The notes beneath the pieces were generated by a model. The model was not told where the DNA came from and made no database searches. It saw only the letters and a list, made by a program, of their open reading frames with translations. A program made the position numbers and the translations under genes. Positions 50,500 through 63,283 of a stretch of DNA of 64,000 bases are shown piece after piece (positions within the stretch are counted from its first letter, which is position 1; every line of letters begins with the position of its first letter). Source of the stretch: an uncultured Acidobacteriota bacterium (GTDB taxonomy: Bacteria; Acidobacteriota; Vicinamibacteria; Vicinamibacterales; UBA2999); assembly GCA_963713655.1 (NCBI GenBank), contig CAVQMT010000047.1, forward strand, positions 11,520-75,519. The letters are read 5' to 3'.

Positions 50500-51245
50500 A
50501 CGCCTGCAGGCTGTCGGCCACCGTCGGCATCGTCAGCCAGCCCGGCGCGGGCGCCGGCGCGCCGGTGATCGCCGCCACTGCGCCGTTGTCGTAGTGCTGG
50601 ACGTAGACGACCTTGGGCCGCAGCTTCTTGACACAGTCGGCGGCCGCGGCCGGCGTCATCCGCTTCGGCGGGATGTTCATCGGCATGAACGCGATGTCGA
50701 TGTCCTTCAGCGCCAGCAGCTCGGGGACGCACTCGGTGACGCCGGCGAAGAGGATGCGACGGCCACCGAGCGTGATCAGGTAGCCGCTGGCTTCGCCCTT
50801 TGGGTGTTCCGGCGCGCCCGGCGTCAGGTCGTAGGCGGCGATCGACTGGACGCGCACGCCGGCCAGCATGGTGGATTGCCCGTTCGCCAGCGGCACGCCC
50901 TCCGCGAAGCCCGCCTGCGCCTTCTTCGTCACCACGACGGGCGCGCCCGGCCGTCGCAGCGAGCGTGATGGCTTTCGGATCGAGGTGGTGGGCCGGATCG
51001 TCGGTGACCAGGATCAGGCTGGCCTTCTTCAGCGGCGCCAGGTCGGCCGTACTCCACGGGTCCACGTGCACGACCGTGTCGCGGTATTCCACCTGTACGC
51101 TGGCGTGCAGAACAGGCGTAATCAGGATGTCGCCGCCCGTGGCCGCGGGATACCGGCCCTGGCGCCCGCCACCCTCACGGCCCTGACCGAGCGTCACTGC
51201 CACGGCCGCCGCTACCACCAACCCGACGAACGTGATTGTTCGCAT
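50429..51245 (-). CDS. MBL-fold metallo-hydrolase (atypical metal motif; frameshifted)
   Basis: HASVQV, VDPW, LVTDDPAHHLD, AYDL..HPKG, FAGVTE, MTP. Confidence 0.8.
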
Positions 51246-51272
51246 GCGCCGCCCTCCGATGCGGATTCTACT

Positions 51273-51307
51273 GGAGCCCGGAGCCCGGAGCCCGGAGCCT
51301 GGAGCCA
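51273..51307. repeat. Heptamer array (GGAGCCH)x5 between divergent promoters
   Basis: GGAGCCC x3, GGAGCCT, GGAGCCA. Confidence 0.92.
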
Positions 51308-51325
51308 GCGAGTAAAGTGTCAGAC

Positions 51326-53300
51326 GTGGAGCAGCCCTACGGCACCTGGCCTTCACCCATCAGCGCCGCGCTGGTGGCGGCGCAGGGCGTACGGCTGAGC
51401 AGCGTCGCGCTCGACGGCGACGCCGTCTACTGGATCGAAGGGCGTCCGCAGGAGAGCGGGCGCAACGTCCTCGTCGGCATGCCGCGGCCGGCACGACGCG
51501 CGACGTCACGCCTGCCGGGTTCAACACGCGTTCGACGAGTGCACGAGTACGGCGGCGGCGCCTACCTGGTGGACGGCGATCACGTCTACTTCGTCAACTT
51601 CAGCGATCAGCGCGTGTATGCCCTGGATCTCGAAGGCCAGGCGCGGCGCCCGCGCCGCTGACGCCCGCGGGCGCGTTCTGCTACGGCGACTTCGCGCTGG
51701 ACCGCCGCAACCGGCAGCTCGTCTGCATCCGGGAGGACCACACCGAACCGGGACGCGAGGCCGTCACGACACTCGTCGGCGTCCCGCTCGACGGCGGCCC
51801 GGTGCTGGTGCTGGCCTCGGGCGAGGACTTCTATTCCACGCCGCGCGTCAGCCCCGACGGCAGCAGCCTGTGCTGGCTTTCGTGGCGGCACCCGCGAATG
51901 CCGTGGGACGGCACCGAGCTGTGGGTGGCGGACATCGCCGGCGAGCGGCACGCTCGGCGCCGCGACGCTTGTGGCCGGCGGGGCCGAGGAGTCGATCTAC
52001 CAGCCGGGGTGGCTGCCCGACGGCTCGCTGGTGTTTGCCAGCGACCGGGACGGCTGGTGGCGGCTCTATCGCGCCGTGCCGCCGTTCACCACGGTCACGC
52101 CGGTGCTGAAGACGCCGCCGCCCGAGACCGAGTTCGGGCGGCCGCAGTGGATCCTGGCCACGGCCACCTGGGCCAGCGCCGGTCGGGACCAACTGGTCGT
52201 GTCGTTCACGAAGGCGGGCCGCTGGCACCTCGGGCGCGTGGACCTCGCAACCGGCACGCTGACGCCAATCGCGCCGGGCGTGCAGCCAGATGAGTGGCTG
52301 GCGGCGTCGGCGTCCGAGGTGGCGCTGGTGGCGGGGCAGAGCGGCGCGGCGGACGCGGTGATGGTGCTGCCGCTCGACGGGCGGGCCGGCCCGGATCTTG
52401 AAGCGCGCCTCGGACATCGAGCTCGACCCGGCGTCCGTGTCCGAGGCCGAAGCGATCGTGTTTCCGACCACGAACGGCCAGCCGGCGCATGCCTTCTACT
52501 ATGCGCCGCGCAACGCGGCGGCGTCGGCTCCGCGCGGGAGAACGCCCGCCGCTCATCGTCATCGGCCACGGCGGCCCGATAGCAGCCGCCGATCCCACCT
52601 TCGACCTGAAGATCCAGTTCTGGACCACGCGCGGCTTCGCGGTGGTGGACGTGAACTACGGCGGCAGCACGGGATTCGGGCGCGACTACCGACGCCGGCT
52701 GAACGGACAGTGGGGCATCGTGGACGTGGCCGATCTGATCAACGCCGCGCAGCTACCTCGTCGCCACCGGACGCGCCGACGAGCGGCGCCTCGCCATCCG
52801 CGGCGGCAGCGCCGGCGGCTACACGGTGCTGGCGGCGTTGACGCAGCACCCGGAGGTGTTCACCGCCGGCGCCAGCTACTACGGGATCAGCGACCTGGAA
52901 GTGCTGATCTCCGATTCGCACAAGTTCGAAGCGCGGTGCCTCGACATCCTGGTGGGCCCGTATCCGGCGATGCGCGAGGAGTACAGGCGGCGCTCGCCGA
53001 TTCACGCCGTCGATCGGCTGTCGTGTCCGCTCATCCTTCTGCAGGGGCTCGAGGACAAGGTCGTGCCGCCCAATCAGTCGGAGATGATGGCCAACGCGTT
53101 GCGCGAGAAGGGCCAGCCCGTGGCGTATCTGACGTTCGAAGGCGAGCAGCACGGCTTCCGCCGCGCGGACAGCATCATCCGCAGCCTGGAAGCCGAGCTG
53201 GCGTTCTACGGCGCCGTGTTCGGATTTACTCCCGCCGGCTCGATTGCACCGGTGCCGATAGAGAACGCACACCGGCTGCCGGGGCGGCCGAGCAACGTAA
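51326..53300 (+). CDS. S9 family (prolyl oligopeptidase-like) serine peptidase (multiple frameshifts; end approximate)
   Basis: [47 protein letters not shown]. Confidence 0.93.
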
Positions 53301-53414
53301 AGGCAGAAGGCAGAACAGGCTACAGAAGCTACAGGCAGAAGACCACTGCTGCAGTTCCGCACTGCGGGACTGGAGACCGTAGCCCGGAGACTGAAGACCT
53401 GATCGGGCGCCGAG

Positions 53415-55477
53415 CTACTTCCGGGCCCCTGAATACTCCAACATCTGCGTCGTCAGGTCCTGCGGATAGGAGATCGTGACGCTGGTGATCGCCCCGGCCG
53501 CGTCGCGCACCGCCGTCAGCTTGGGCATCACGAACCCGGTGTAGGACGGCAGCTTCAGCGCGTCCACCCGTGTCACCACCTGGTCGCGCAGCTTGGAATC
53601 GAAGTGGATGCCGTGGTCGCCGAACAGTTTCGCCGCGGCGGCGTAGTCGCCCTCTGACTTGATGCGCTGCACCTCGGCCAGCAGCCGGCCGACGCCGTCG
53701 CGGAACGCCTTGGCGTCCACCATCTCGTAGAAGGTCTTGTTCGTCGCGCTCGCCGCACCGCGATCGCCTTGGTGTTGGCCATCAGCCACCGCACCACCAT
53801 CTGGCGGTTGCGCATGTGGTCTTCCTCGATCTGCGTGCCTTCGCGGACCCGGCGCAGCTGGACGATGGCGTTGCGGGTGTAGGCCTCGTACTCGGTCCGC
53901 GCGATCGCCTCCTGGTCGGCGGCGGGCACGACGCCCAGCTCGGCCAGCTTCGGATCGGCGATGAAATACAGCGCGATCAGATCGGCGCGCCCTTCCTCGA
54001 GCGCCGAGAAGTGCTCCTTCACCGCCGCCTGCGGCGTGCCCTTGAACCCGGGCGCCTGCTGGCCCGACGCGTGGCCAATCACCTCGTGCATGTCGGTGTG
54101 CAGCTCGCCCGAAAGCGTCCCGAACTTCGCGCTGCGCTCCGCCTCTTCCGGCGTCCACGAAAACTCGCTGCGCATCGAGTCCGGCGACGACTTGTCGTAG
54201 GCCTCGTTGACGTTGCTCAGCGACACCGACTTGCTGCCGAACTCCTCGCGGATCTTCTGGTCGTTGGGCAGGTTGATGCCGACGGGGGTGACCGGGCCCG
54301 AGTCGCCGGTTTCCACCACCACGTCGATGGCGTTGGCGACGATGCCCTTCACGCTCGCCTTGCGGTACTTCGGCGTCGAAGGGCATGTGGTCCTCGAACC
54401 ACTGCGCGTTGTCGGCGAGCTTGCGGATGCGCTCGGTCTTTTCCTTGTTGACGAAGAAGACCAGGCTCTCCCACCCGCCCTTCACGCCGCGCGCGTCGAG
54501 GTAGACCTCGATGAAGCCGTTGATGACGTCGATCGGCGAATCCTTGTCGGCCACCCAGGCGATGTCGTACTTCGCGCGGTCGGCGTCGTCGCCGGTGCGA
54601 TACCACTGGATCAGCGCCCGCAACGCGGCGGCCGTGGCCTCGGGCGCAAACGGGATTGCGGCCTCGAGATGCGACACGACGGCCGTGATCTCCTTGGAGT
54701 AGCGGCCGCCAATCTTGTAGACCTCTTCGACCAGCTTGCCGTTCTGTTTCACCAGCCGCGAGTTCAGCCCGTTCTTCTCGAGGCCGGCCTTCTTGAACGC
54801 CTCGGCCTCCGCGGACGGAGACGCCGGAATAGAGATTGTTGGCGCTGTCGAGCAGGATGTCCTTGCCCGGGCCCGGCGCCTTGTTGGTCACGATCGGCTC
54901 GAAGCCGGCGTCGAAGAACATCGGCGTCAAGCCGCGTCAGCATGGCGTCCAGCGATTCGCCCGCCGGCGTCGTCACCGTGGCGCCCGCCTGGACCGCGGC
55001 CTTGACCGCGGCGGCGAAAACCGCGGGCGTGGTCTTGAGGACGAACTTGCGTGCCGTCAGGTTGTTGTAGGGGCCGTTGTTGATCCAGAACAGCTTGGCG
55101 TAGCGTTCGATTTCGCTCCTGGTGGCGGCGTCGAGGCCTTGCGGGCGGGTAATCACCGCTTCGAGCACGCTGCGCATCTCGAGCGCGTGGCGGTGTTTCT
55201 GGTCGATGAAGATGTCGCGGCCGGCGAGGGCCGCCTGATAGAGGTGGTAGATCAGCGTCTTCTCGCGCAACGGCAACGCGTCGAAGCCGTCGGCGTACAG
55301 CTGCACCACCGCGGCATCGTCCACCGTCTCGAGCAGGTACTTCCGTTCGGCTGGCGATGCTGCCGGGGCCGCCGACGTCGCGTCGGGGGCCGATTGCTCG
55401 GGCCCGGACGTACACGCCGCGGCCAGCGTGATGAACAGGAGCGCCAGGGAAAGCTGCCGTTGCTGCATGAACCTCAC
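53415..55477 (-). CDS. Dipeptidyl peptidase III (M49), putative lipoprotein (frameshifted)
   Basis: Lipobox LAAAC; GINLPN, HEVIGH (HExxGH), EEGRAD. Confidence 0.93.
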
Positions 55478-55534
55478 CCCTCCGGGCTAGCTTAGCTCTA
55501 ACCTGGCGTCCGCTGATGGCTCGCACGGGGCGGT

Positions 55535-55562
55535 CAGAAGGCAGAAGGCAGAAGGCAAAAGG
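55535..55562. repeat. Heptamer array (CAGAAGG)x4
   Basis: CAGAAGG x3 then CAAAAGG. Confidence 0.88.
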
Positions 55563-55567
55563 CGAGC

Positions 55568-55865
55568 TCAGGGCTTCCGTCGAACGCGACGCGTCGACGG
55601 AGGGCCGCCTTCGCCAATGGTCGCGATCCGGGTTACCAGGTCCTCGTACAGCACGCGCGCATGTCGCCGCGTTTCCTCGAGGCCTTGCTCGAGCCGTTGC
55701 TCGAACCGTTGCTCGAGCCGTTGCTCCAGCGCCTGCAACTGCCTGGTGACCTCGGCGAAACCGGCACGCATTTCGTCGCGAAGCACGGCAACAGGCGACG
55801 CTTCGAGTTGTGCCACTCTTATCCTCCAGCAGCGTCAGGCGTTCTTGTAAGGAGCGTGGCGGCAT
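55568..55865 (-). CDS. Small coiled-coil protein with EQRL tetrad repeats (one apparent indel)
   Basis: MPPRSLQERLTLLEDK/VAQLE..LEQRLEQRFEQRLEQGLEETRRHARVLYEDLVTRI. Confidence 0.7.
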
Positions 55866-56014
55866 CGTCGATCGCCGTTGCGAAGACTGTGCCGTGCGCA
55901 CCTGAAGAGCGACAACGGTAGCACTCGCGCGCCCGCGCGGCCAACGACTATAATCGCGGCCCCGGCACCTCACCGCGCGGCGGCGATTCTCGCGCTGGTG
56001 CCGTTGAGGACGCG

Positions 56015-56351
56015 TTGCATTATTTGCTGACCTATGACGTCGTGAGCGACTACGTGACCCGGCGCGCGCCGCTGCGCGCGGCGCACATCGCGTTGGCGCG
56101 CGCGGCGGTGGCGAAGGGCGATCTGGTGCTGGGCGGCGCGCTTGGCAACCCGCCCGACGCGGTGGCGCTGCTGTTTCAGGGCGACTCGCCGGCGGCGGCG
56201 GAAGCGTTCGCGCGCGACGATCCCGTACGTCCAGAACGGGCTGGTCACCGGCTGGCGGGTGCGCGAGTGGACGACGGTGGTGGGCAAGGACGCGGCGGTA
56301 GCGTTGCCGCCGAACCTGTGTACGGCAAACGGCAGAAGGACGAGGCTATGA
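56015..56351 (+). CDS. YciI-like protein (frameshifted)
   Basis: RAPLRAAH, LGGAL, FARDDPYV, WRVREW. Confidence 0.88.
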
Positions 56352-56777
56352 AGAGAACGATTGCAGGTCTGGTGCTGATGTTCGCGTTCGCGGCCGGATT
56401 CGTGGCGCGCGACATGTTCCCCGGCGAGCAGGTGGTGTCGGCGCAGGCGCCTCGCGTGTTCGAGCTGCGCACCTACGTGGTGCCCGACAGCGCCAAGCTG
56501 GACCTGCTGCACGCGCGGTTCCGCAACCATACCGGCAAGTTCTTCGCGCGTCACGGCATGACGCCGGTGTGGTACGGCAAGACGATGGACCAGCCGGCGT
56601 CGGGGACGACGATGGTCTACATGCTGGCGCCACGCCAGCCGCGAGGCCGCCAAGAAGAGCTGGGACGCGTTCCGCGCGGACCAGGAATGGGCTGCCGTGG
56701 CCAAGGAATCGGGCGTCGGCCCGGTGAAGATCGAGGCGGTCTACATGGAGCCCACCGACTACTCGCCGCTGAAGTAA
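56348..56777 (+). CDS. NIPSNAP family protein, exported (frameshifted)
   Basis: VFELRTY..LHARFRNHT..F.RHGM; PTDYSPLK. Confidence 0.9.
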
Positions 56778-56836
56778 GGCTCGCGACCGCGGCGCGAAGG
56801 GTGCGGTCAGCGGCCGGGCGCTATACTCGCCGCAAG

Positions 56837-57689
56837 GTGGTTGGCGCCGGCCGCGGCCGTCGTACGCTCGGGATCCTCGCCGTCGGGGCCGGCGTGTTGC
56901 TGGTGTGCTCGGCCGCGGCGCTGGCGCAGTTCCGGGGCGGGCGCAACTTCTTCAACGCGCCGGTCCGCCTTGCCCCCGAGACCTTCCCCGATCGCAACTT
57001 CGTCGTCTGCCGCATCATGTACACGCAGGTGCGTCGCGAGCCCTCGGGCGGGGGCTGGCGCACGGACTATCCCTACGGCGAAATCAACCTGACGATTCGG
57101 CTCTCCGAGCTGACCAAGACGCCGGTCAGCCGCGGCGGCGGGCGCGAGCCCAACCACTATGTGGTGCGGCTGACCGACGAGGCCTTGTACCAGTGCCCGT
57201 TCACGATCGCGTCGGACGTGGGCACGGTCGGCCTCGAGCGGCCACGAGGCCGAGCAGTTGCGCGACTACCTGCTGAAGGGCGGCTTCCTGTGGGTGGACG
57301 ACTTCTGGGGCACGGAAGCCTGGGAGCACTGGACGCGCGAACTGGCCGACGTGCTGCCGCCGGCGGAGTTCCCGGTGCAGGACGTGCCGCTCGACGATCC
57401 GATCTTCAAATCGCAGTTCACCGTCACCAAGGTCCCGCAGATCACGAACATCGCGTTCTGGCGCTCGACGCGCGGCGCCGACACCTCCGAGCGCGGTGCC
57501 GACAGCGCCGTGCCGCACTTCCGCGTCATCCGTGACGGGCACGGCCGCATCATGGTGGTGATGACGCACAACACCGACGTTGCCGACTCATGGGAACGCG
57601 AGGGGGAGGATCCCGGCTTCTTCTACCAGTTCTCGCCCGACGGCTACGCGGTGGGCATCAACGTGCTCCTGCACGCGATGACGCACTGA
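56837..57689 (+). CDS. DUF4159 domain protein (frameshifted; start approximate)
   Basis: WRTDYP, LRDYLLKGGFLWVDDF, NTDVADSWE, GINVLLHAMTH. Confidence 0.88.
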
Positions 57690-58867
57690 TTGGCGACCCC
57701 TCCGCCTCCGCCTCCGCCTCCCGGCCTGCCCGGCGTCCACGCGCAACGGGTGATCTTCATCGACCTGGCCCGCGCGCTCGCGGTGGTGTTCATGCTCTAC
57801 GGCCACGCGATCGACGCGCTGCTGGCGCCGATGTACAAGGCTGGCACCTGGCACAGCGCCTGGCAGTTCCAGCGCGGGCTGACCTCGAGCCTGTTCCTGC
57901 TGCTGTCGGGGTTTGCGTTCAGCGTCGCCACCGGCCGGCATTGGGCGTCCCACACCACCCTGAGCCCCAAGTGGTGGAAGCGCGTGCGCCGGTTCGCCCT
58001 GTTCATCGGCGCTGGGCTACATGCTGCATTTTCCCGCCGGCCGCGTCTTCGACCTGCCGTGGGCGCGCGAACCGCAGTGGCGCAGCTTCTATGCCGCCGA
58101 CGTGCTGCAGCTGATTGGCGTCACCTTCATCGGCGTGCAGTGCCTGGTGCTGCTGGTGCCCTCGCGGCGCCGGTTCTGCGCTCGTGGCGCTGGCGCTGGC
58201 GGTGGCGATGGTGGCGCTGACGCCGCTGATGTGGAGCATCGAGTGGAGCCGGTGGCTGCCGATGGGGATCTGGGCCTACTTGGCGCCGGTGTTCGGCCCG
58301 GAGTTCCCGCTCTTCCCCTTGTTCCCGTGGTCGGCCTTCATCCTGATCGGCGTCGCGCTCGGCCAGCTGTACGCGCGGTGGGGCGGCGCGCACCTGGGCG
58401 ACTTCACCCGCCGCGCCCTGATCGTCCCCGGCGCGATCATCGTGGCGGCCGGCTACGCCGTGGCGCTGTACCCGCACGAGGTCTTCGCCGGCGGGGCGCG
58501 GAGTCTTCTGCCCATCGACATGGCCATCCGCGCCGGCGCGTGCCTGCTCATCCTTGGCGCCATCGCGCTGGCGGCCGGGCAGGTGACGCGCCTGCCGCAC
58601 GTCTTCAGCGCCATGGCCCAGGAAACGCTGCTCATCTACTTCATCCACCTCTGCGTGATTTACGGCTCGGCGTGGAGCTACGGTCTGGTGCACGCGTTCG
58701 GCGCCACCCTGGACCCCCGGGGCACGCTGGGCGTGGTGCTGGCGCTGATCGCGGCCATGGCGGCGATGGCCGCCTACTGGAACTGGCTGAAGCACGCCCG
58801 GCCTCGGACGGCGTTATGGGTGGGCCGCGTGGCGATGGTCGTGCTCGTAGCCGGGTTTATTTTCTGA
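57690..58867 (+). CDS. DUF1624/HGSNAT-like membrane acyltransferase (frameshifted)
   Basis: RVIFIDLARALAVVFM..H, DVLQLIG, FPLFPW, L.IYFIH. Confidence 0.82.
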
Positions 58868-58983
58868 GCGCCCCCGGCCGGTTCCGCGCCATAGACTAGG
58901 AAGAACGACCCGGCCCCACCGCGTGCGGTACAATCGGCCCCTCTCTCCGGGCCTCAGGGGTCAGGGATTGGGAGGGGTCCTCA

Positions 58984-61272
58984 ATGTTTGACGCCCTGTT
59001 TCAGGCGCTGTTCTCGTACCGGCCTGTCGTCTTTCAGCAGGGAGAGTTCCGCTTCGACGTCTCCAGCGCGTCGCTGGTGGCGGCGCTGGTGGCGGGGCTC
59101 GTCGGCGTGGCGGCCATTTACACCTATCGCCGGGTCACGGTCGCCGACGGCACCCTGCGCGACAAGGTGATTCTCACCGGCCTGCGCGTCGCCGCGCTGG
59201 GCCTGGTGCTCTTCTGCCTCTTCCGGCCCACCCTGGTCGTGCGCGCCGCGGTGAACCAGCGGAACGTCGTGGCGGTGGTGCTCGACGACTCGCGCAGCAT
59301 GCAGATCCCCGACGTGCAGGGCGCGCCGCGCGCGCAATACGTCCGCGACCAGTTCGGGGGGGCCGACAGCCCGGCGCTGAAGCCGCTGGCCGAACGGTTT
59401 CTGGTGCGCACCTTCCGTTTCTCGTCAGCGGCGCGCCGGGTCGAGTCCGCGCAAGGAACTGTCGTTCGACGGCACCCAGACCAAGATTGGCCGCTCCCTC
59501 GACGGCGTGCGCGAGGAACTGCGCGGGCTGCCGGTGGCCGGCATCGTGGTGGTGTCGGACGGCGCCGACACGAGCGATGACGCGCTGTCGGAGGCACTGC
59601 TCGGCCTGAAGGCCGAAAAGCTGCCCGTCTTCACGGTCGGCGTCGGCTCCGAAGCCCTGCCACGCGACCTGCAGGTGGACCGCGTCACCACGCCGCGCAG
59701 CGTCCTGATGGGCGCCTCGCTGATGGTGGACGTCACGTTGACGCAGACCGGCTACGCCGGCCGAACCGTCACCGTAGACGTCGAAGATGAAGGGCGCATC
59801 GTGGGATCGGAAAAAGTGCAGCTGCCGCCGAACGGCACCCCCGCCTCGGTGCGGGTGCGCGCCGAGGCGCTCGAGCCCGGCCCGCGGCTCTTCCGGTTCC
59901 GGGTCGCGCCGATCGACGGCGAAGCGGTGACGCAGAACAACGCCCGCGAGGCGCTGATCAACGTTCGCGACGCCCGCGAGCGCATCCTCTACTACGAGGG
60001 CGAGCCGCGCTTCGAGATGAAGTTCCTGCGCCGCGCCATCGCCGACGACAAGAACCTGCTGACGGTGGCGCTGCAGCGCACCGCCGACAACAAGTACATG
60101 CGCATCGACGGCGACCCCGACGAGGTGGCCGGCGGCTTCCCCAAGACGCGCGACGAGCTGTTCCGCTACCGCGGGCTGATCCTCGGCAGCATCGAGGCCG
60201 GCGCCTTCAGCGGCGACCAGCTGCAGATGATCGCGGACTTCGTGGACCGCCGCGGCGGCGGCCTGCTGATGCTGGGCGGCGCGCGTTCGTTCGGCGAAGG
60301 CGGCTACGGCGGCACGCCGGTGGCCGACGCGCTGCCGCTGCTGATCGATCCGCGCACGCGCGCGTCCGAACCGGCGCCGCTGGCGCGCCTGAAAGTGGCG
60401 CCCACCCGCGCCGGGCAGTCGCACGCGGCGACGCAGATCGCCGCCACCGAGGCGGCGTCGGCCGCGCGCTGGGCCGAGCTGCCGCAGCTGACCAGCATCA
60501 ATGCGCCGCTGCCGACCAAGCCCGCGGCGACGGCGCTTCTGACCGGCACCGACGAGCGCGGCCGCACCCACACGGTGCTGGCGTCGCACCAGTACGGACG
60601 CGGCAAGGCGATTGCCTTCACCGCGCAGGACTCCTGGCAGTGGCAGATGCACGCCAGCATCCCCCTGGAGGACCAGACCCACGAGCAGTTCTGGCGGCAG
60701 TTGCTCCGGTGGATGGTGGATGGGGTGCCCGATGCCGTGGACGTGCGGCTGACCGATCGCGTCGAGCCCGGCGAGGCGGTGCAGCTCGAGGCCACGGTCG
60801 TGGACAAGTCGTTCGTCGGCGTGAACGACGCGTCGGTGATTGCGAACGTGGCCCGGCCCAACGGCCAGTCCCTGAACGTGCCGCTGCAGTGGACCGGGGA
60901 GCGCGACGGGCAGTACCGCGGCAGCTTCGTCAGCGCCGAGCCCGGTGCCTACGAGGTGACGGTGGACGCCACGCGCGGCACCGAGACGATCGGCACCGGC
61001 GTGTCCTACGTCCGGGCCGTGGCCGGCGAGGGCGAGTTCTTCGACCCGACGATGCATCCCGCGCCGCTGCGCCGGATTGCCGAGGAGACCGGCGGCCGGT
61101 TCTACACGCCGGATGGCGTGTCGCGCCTCGCCGAAGACATCCGCTACGCCGGCCGGGGCGTGACAGCGCTCGAAGAGCGCGAGCTGTGGAACATGCCCAT
61201 CATCCTGGTGGGCCTGATGACCTTGCTGTGCGCCGAATGGGGCTACCGCGCGGCTTGCGAGGGCTGAGCTAG
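58984..61272 (+). CDS. Membrane-anchored vWA plus GATase1-like domain protein (frameshifted)
   Basis: MIDAS DDSRSM and VSDG, NN motif, GEPRFEMKFL, GGGLLMLGG..F..GGY, C-terminal EW..R. Confidence 0.82.
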
Positions 61273-62196
61273 ATGCTGCGCGCGTTCCTGCTCATCGTCG
61301 TCGGGCTGGCCGGGGATCCCGACCACGGCAAGACGTTCCACGCGTGGGGGAATGCGCTGGCCGAGTCGTCCGAGCGCCTGGGCGTTGACGCCAGCCGCCT
61401 CATCTATCTCGTGGACGCGCCCGCGGAGGGCGACAAGAAGGTCAGCGGGCGTTCGACGCGCGAAGAAGTGACCAAGGCCCTGGAGCGGTTCGCGCAGGAG
61501 GCCGGTCCCGACGACGTGGTGTTCGTGACGCTGATCGGCCACGGCACGGCCGGCGGCGGCACGGCCAAGTTCAACATGCCGGGCCCCGACATGGGACCGG
61601 CGGAGTTCGCGCCGCTGCTCGCCAAGCTGAAGAGCCGCCAGGTGGTGTTCGTGAACACGGCGAGCGCCAGCGGGCCGTTCGTGGAGGCGCTGTCGGGTCC
61701 GGGCCGCACCCTCGTCACCGCCACGCGCAACGGCGCGGAGCAGTACGCGACGCTCTTCGGCGGGCACTTCGTGGAGGCCCTCAACTCCGAAACCGCCGAC
61801 GCGGACAAGAACAAGCGTGTCAGCGTGCTCGAGGCGTTCCTCTTCGCCAAGGCGGGCGTGGCCCAGGCCTACGAGCGCGAAGGCCTGCTGGCCACGGAGC
61901 ACGCCATCCTGGACGACAACGGCGACAAGGAAGGCAGCCAGGATCCCTCCGCCACCGCCAAGGACGGCAAGGTGGCAAACATCGTCTCGCTGGGAACGGT
62001 CGGCAAGGACGATCTGCCCACCGACCCCAAGCTGCGGGCGCTCTACCTGGAGCGCCGCGAACTGGAGCGCCGCGTCGAGGCGCATCGTCTGCTGAAGGAA
62101 TCGATGCCGCCGGCGCGCTATGCCGCCGAGCTCGAAAAACTGGTGACCGCCCTCGCGCTCAAGACGCGCGAGATTCGCACGGCCGAAGGCAAATAG
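61273..62196 (+). CDS. Caspase/C13-like fold hypothetical protein
   Basis: DDVVFVTLIGHG, VVFVNTASASG, DADKNKRVSVLEAF, TEHAILDD. Confidence 0.65.
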   Translation: MLRAFLLIVVGLAGDPDHGKTFHAWGNALAESSERLGVDASRLIYLVDAPAEGDKKVSGRSTREEVTKALERFAQEAGPDDVVFVTLIGHGTAGGGTAKFNMPGPDMGPAEFAPLLAKLKSRQVVFVNTASASGPFVEALSGPGRTLVTATRNGAEQYATLFGGHFVEALNSETADADKNKRVSVLEAFLFAKAGVAQAYEREGLLATEHAILDDNGDKEGSQDPSATAKDGKVANIVSLGTVGKDDLPTDPKLRALYLERRELERRVEAHRLLKESMPPARYAAELEKLVTALALKTREIRTAEGK

Positions 62197-62232
62197 CCGG
62201 CCGCGCGCATTTCCGACCGGAGTCAATCGCCG

Positions 62233-63282
<1,050 letters not shown>

Positions 63283-63283
63283 C

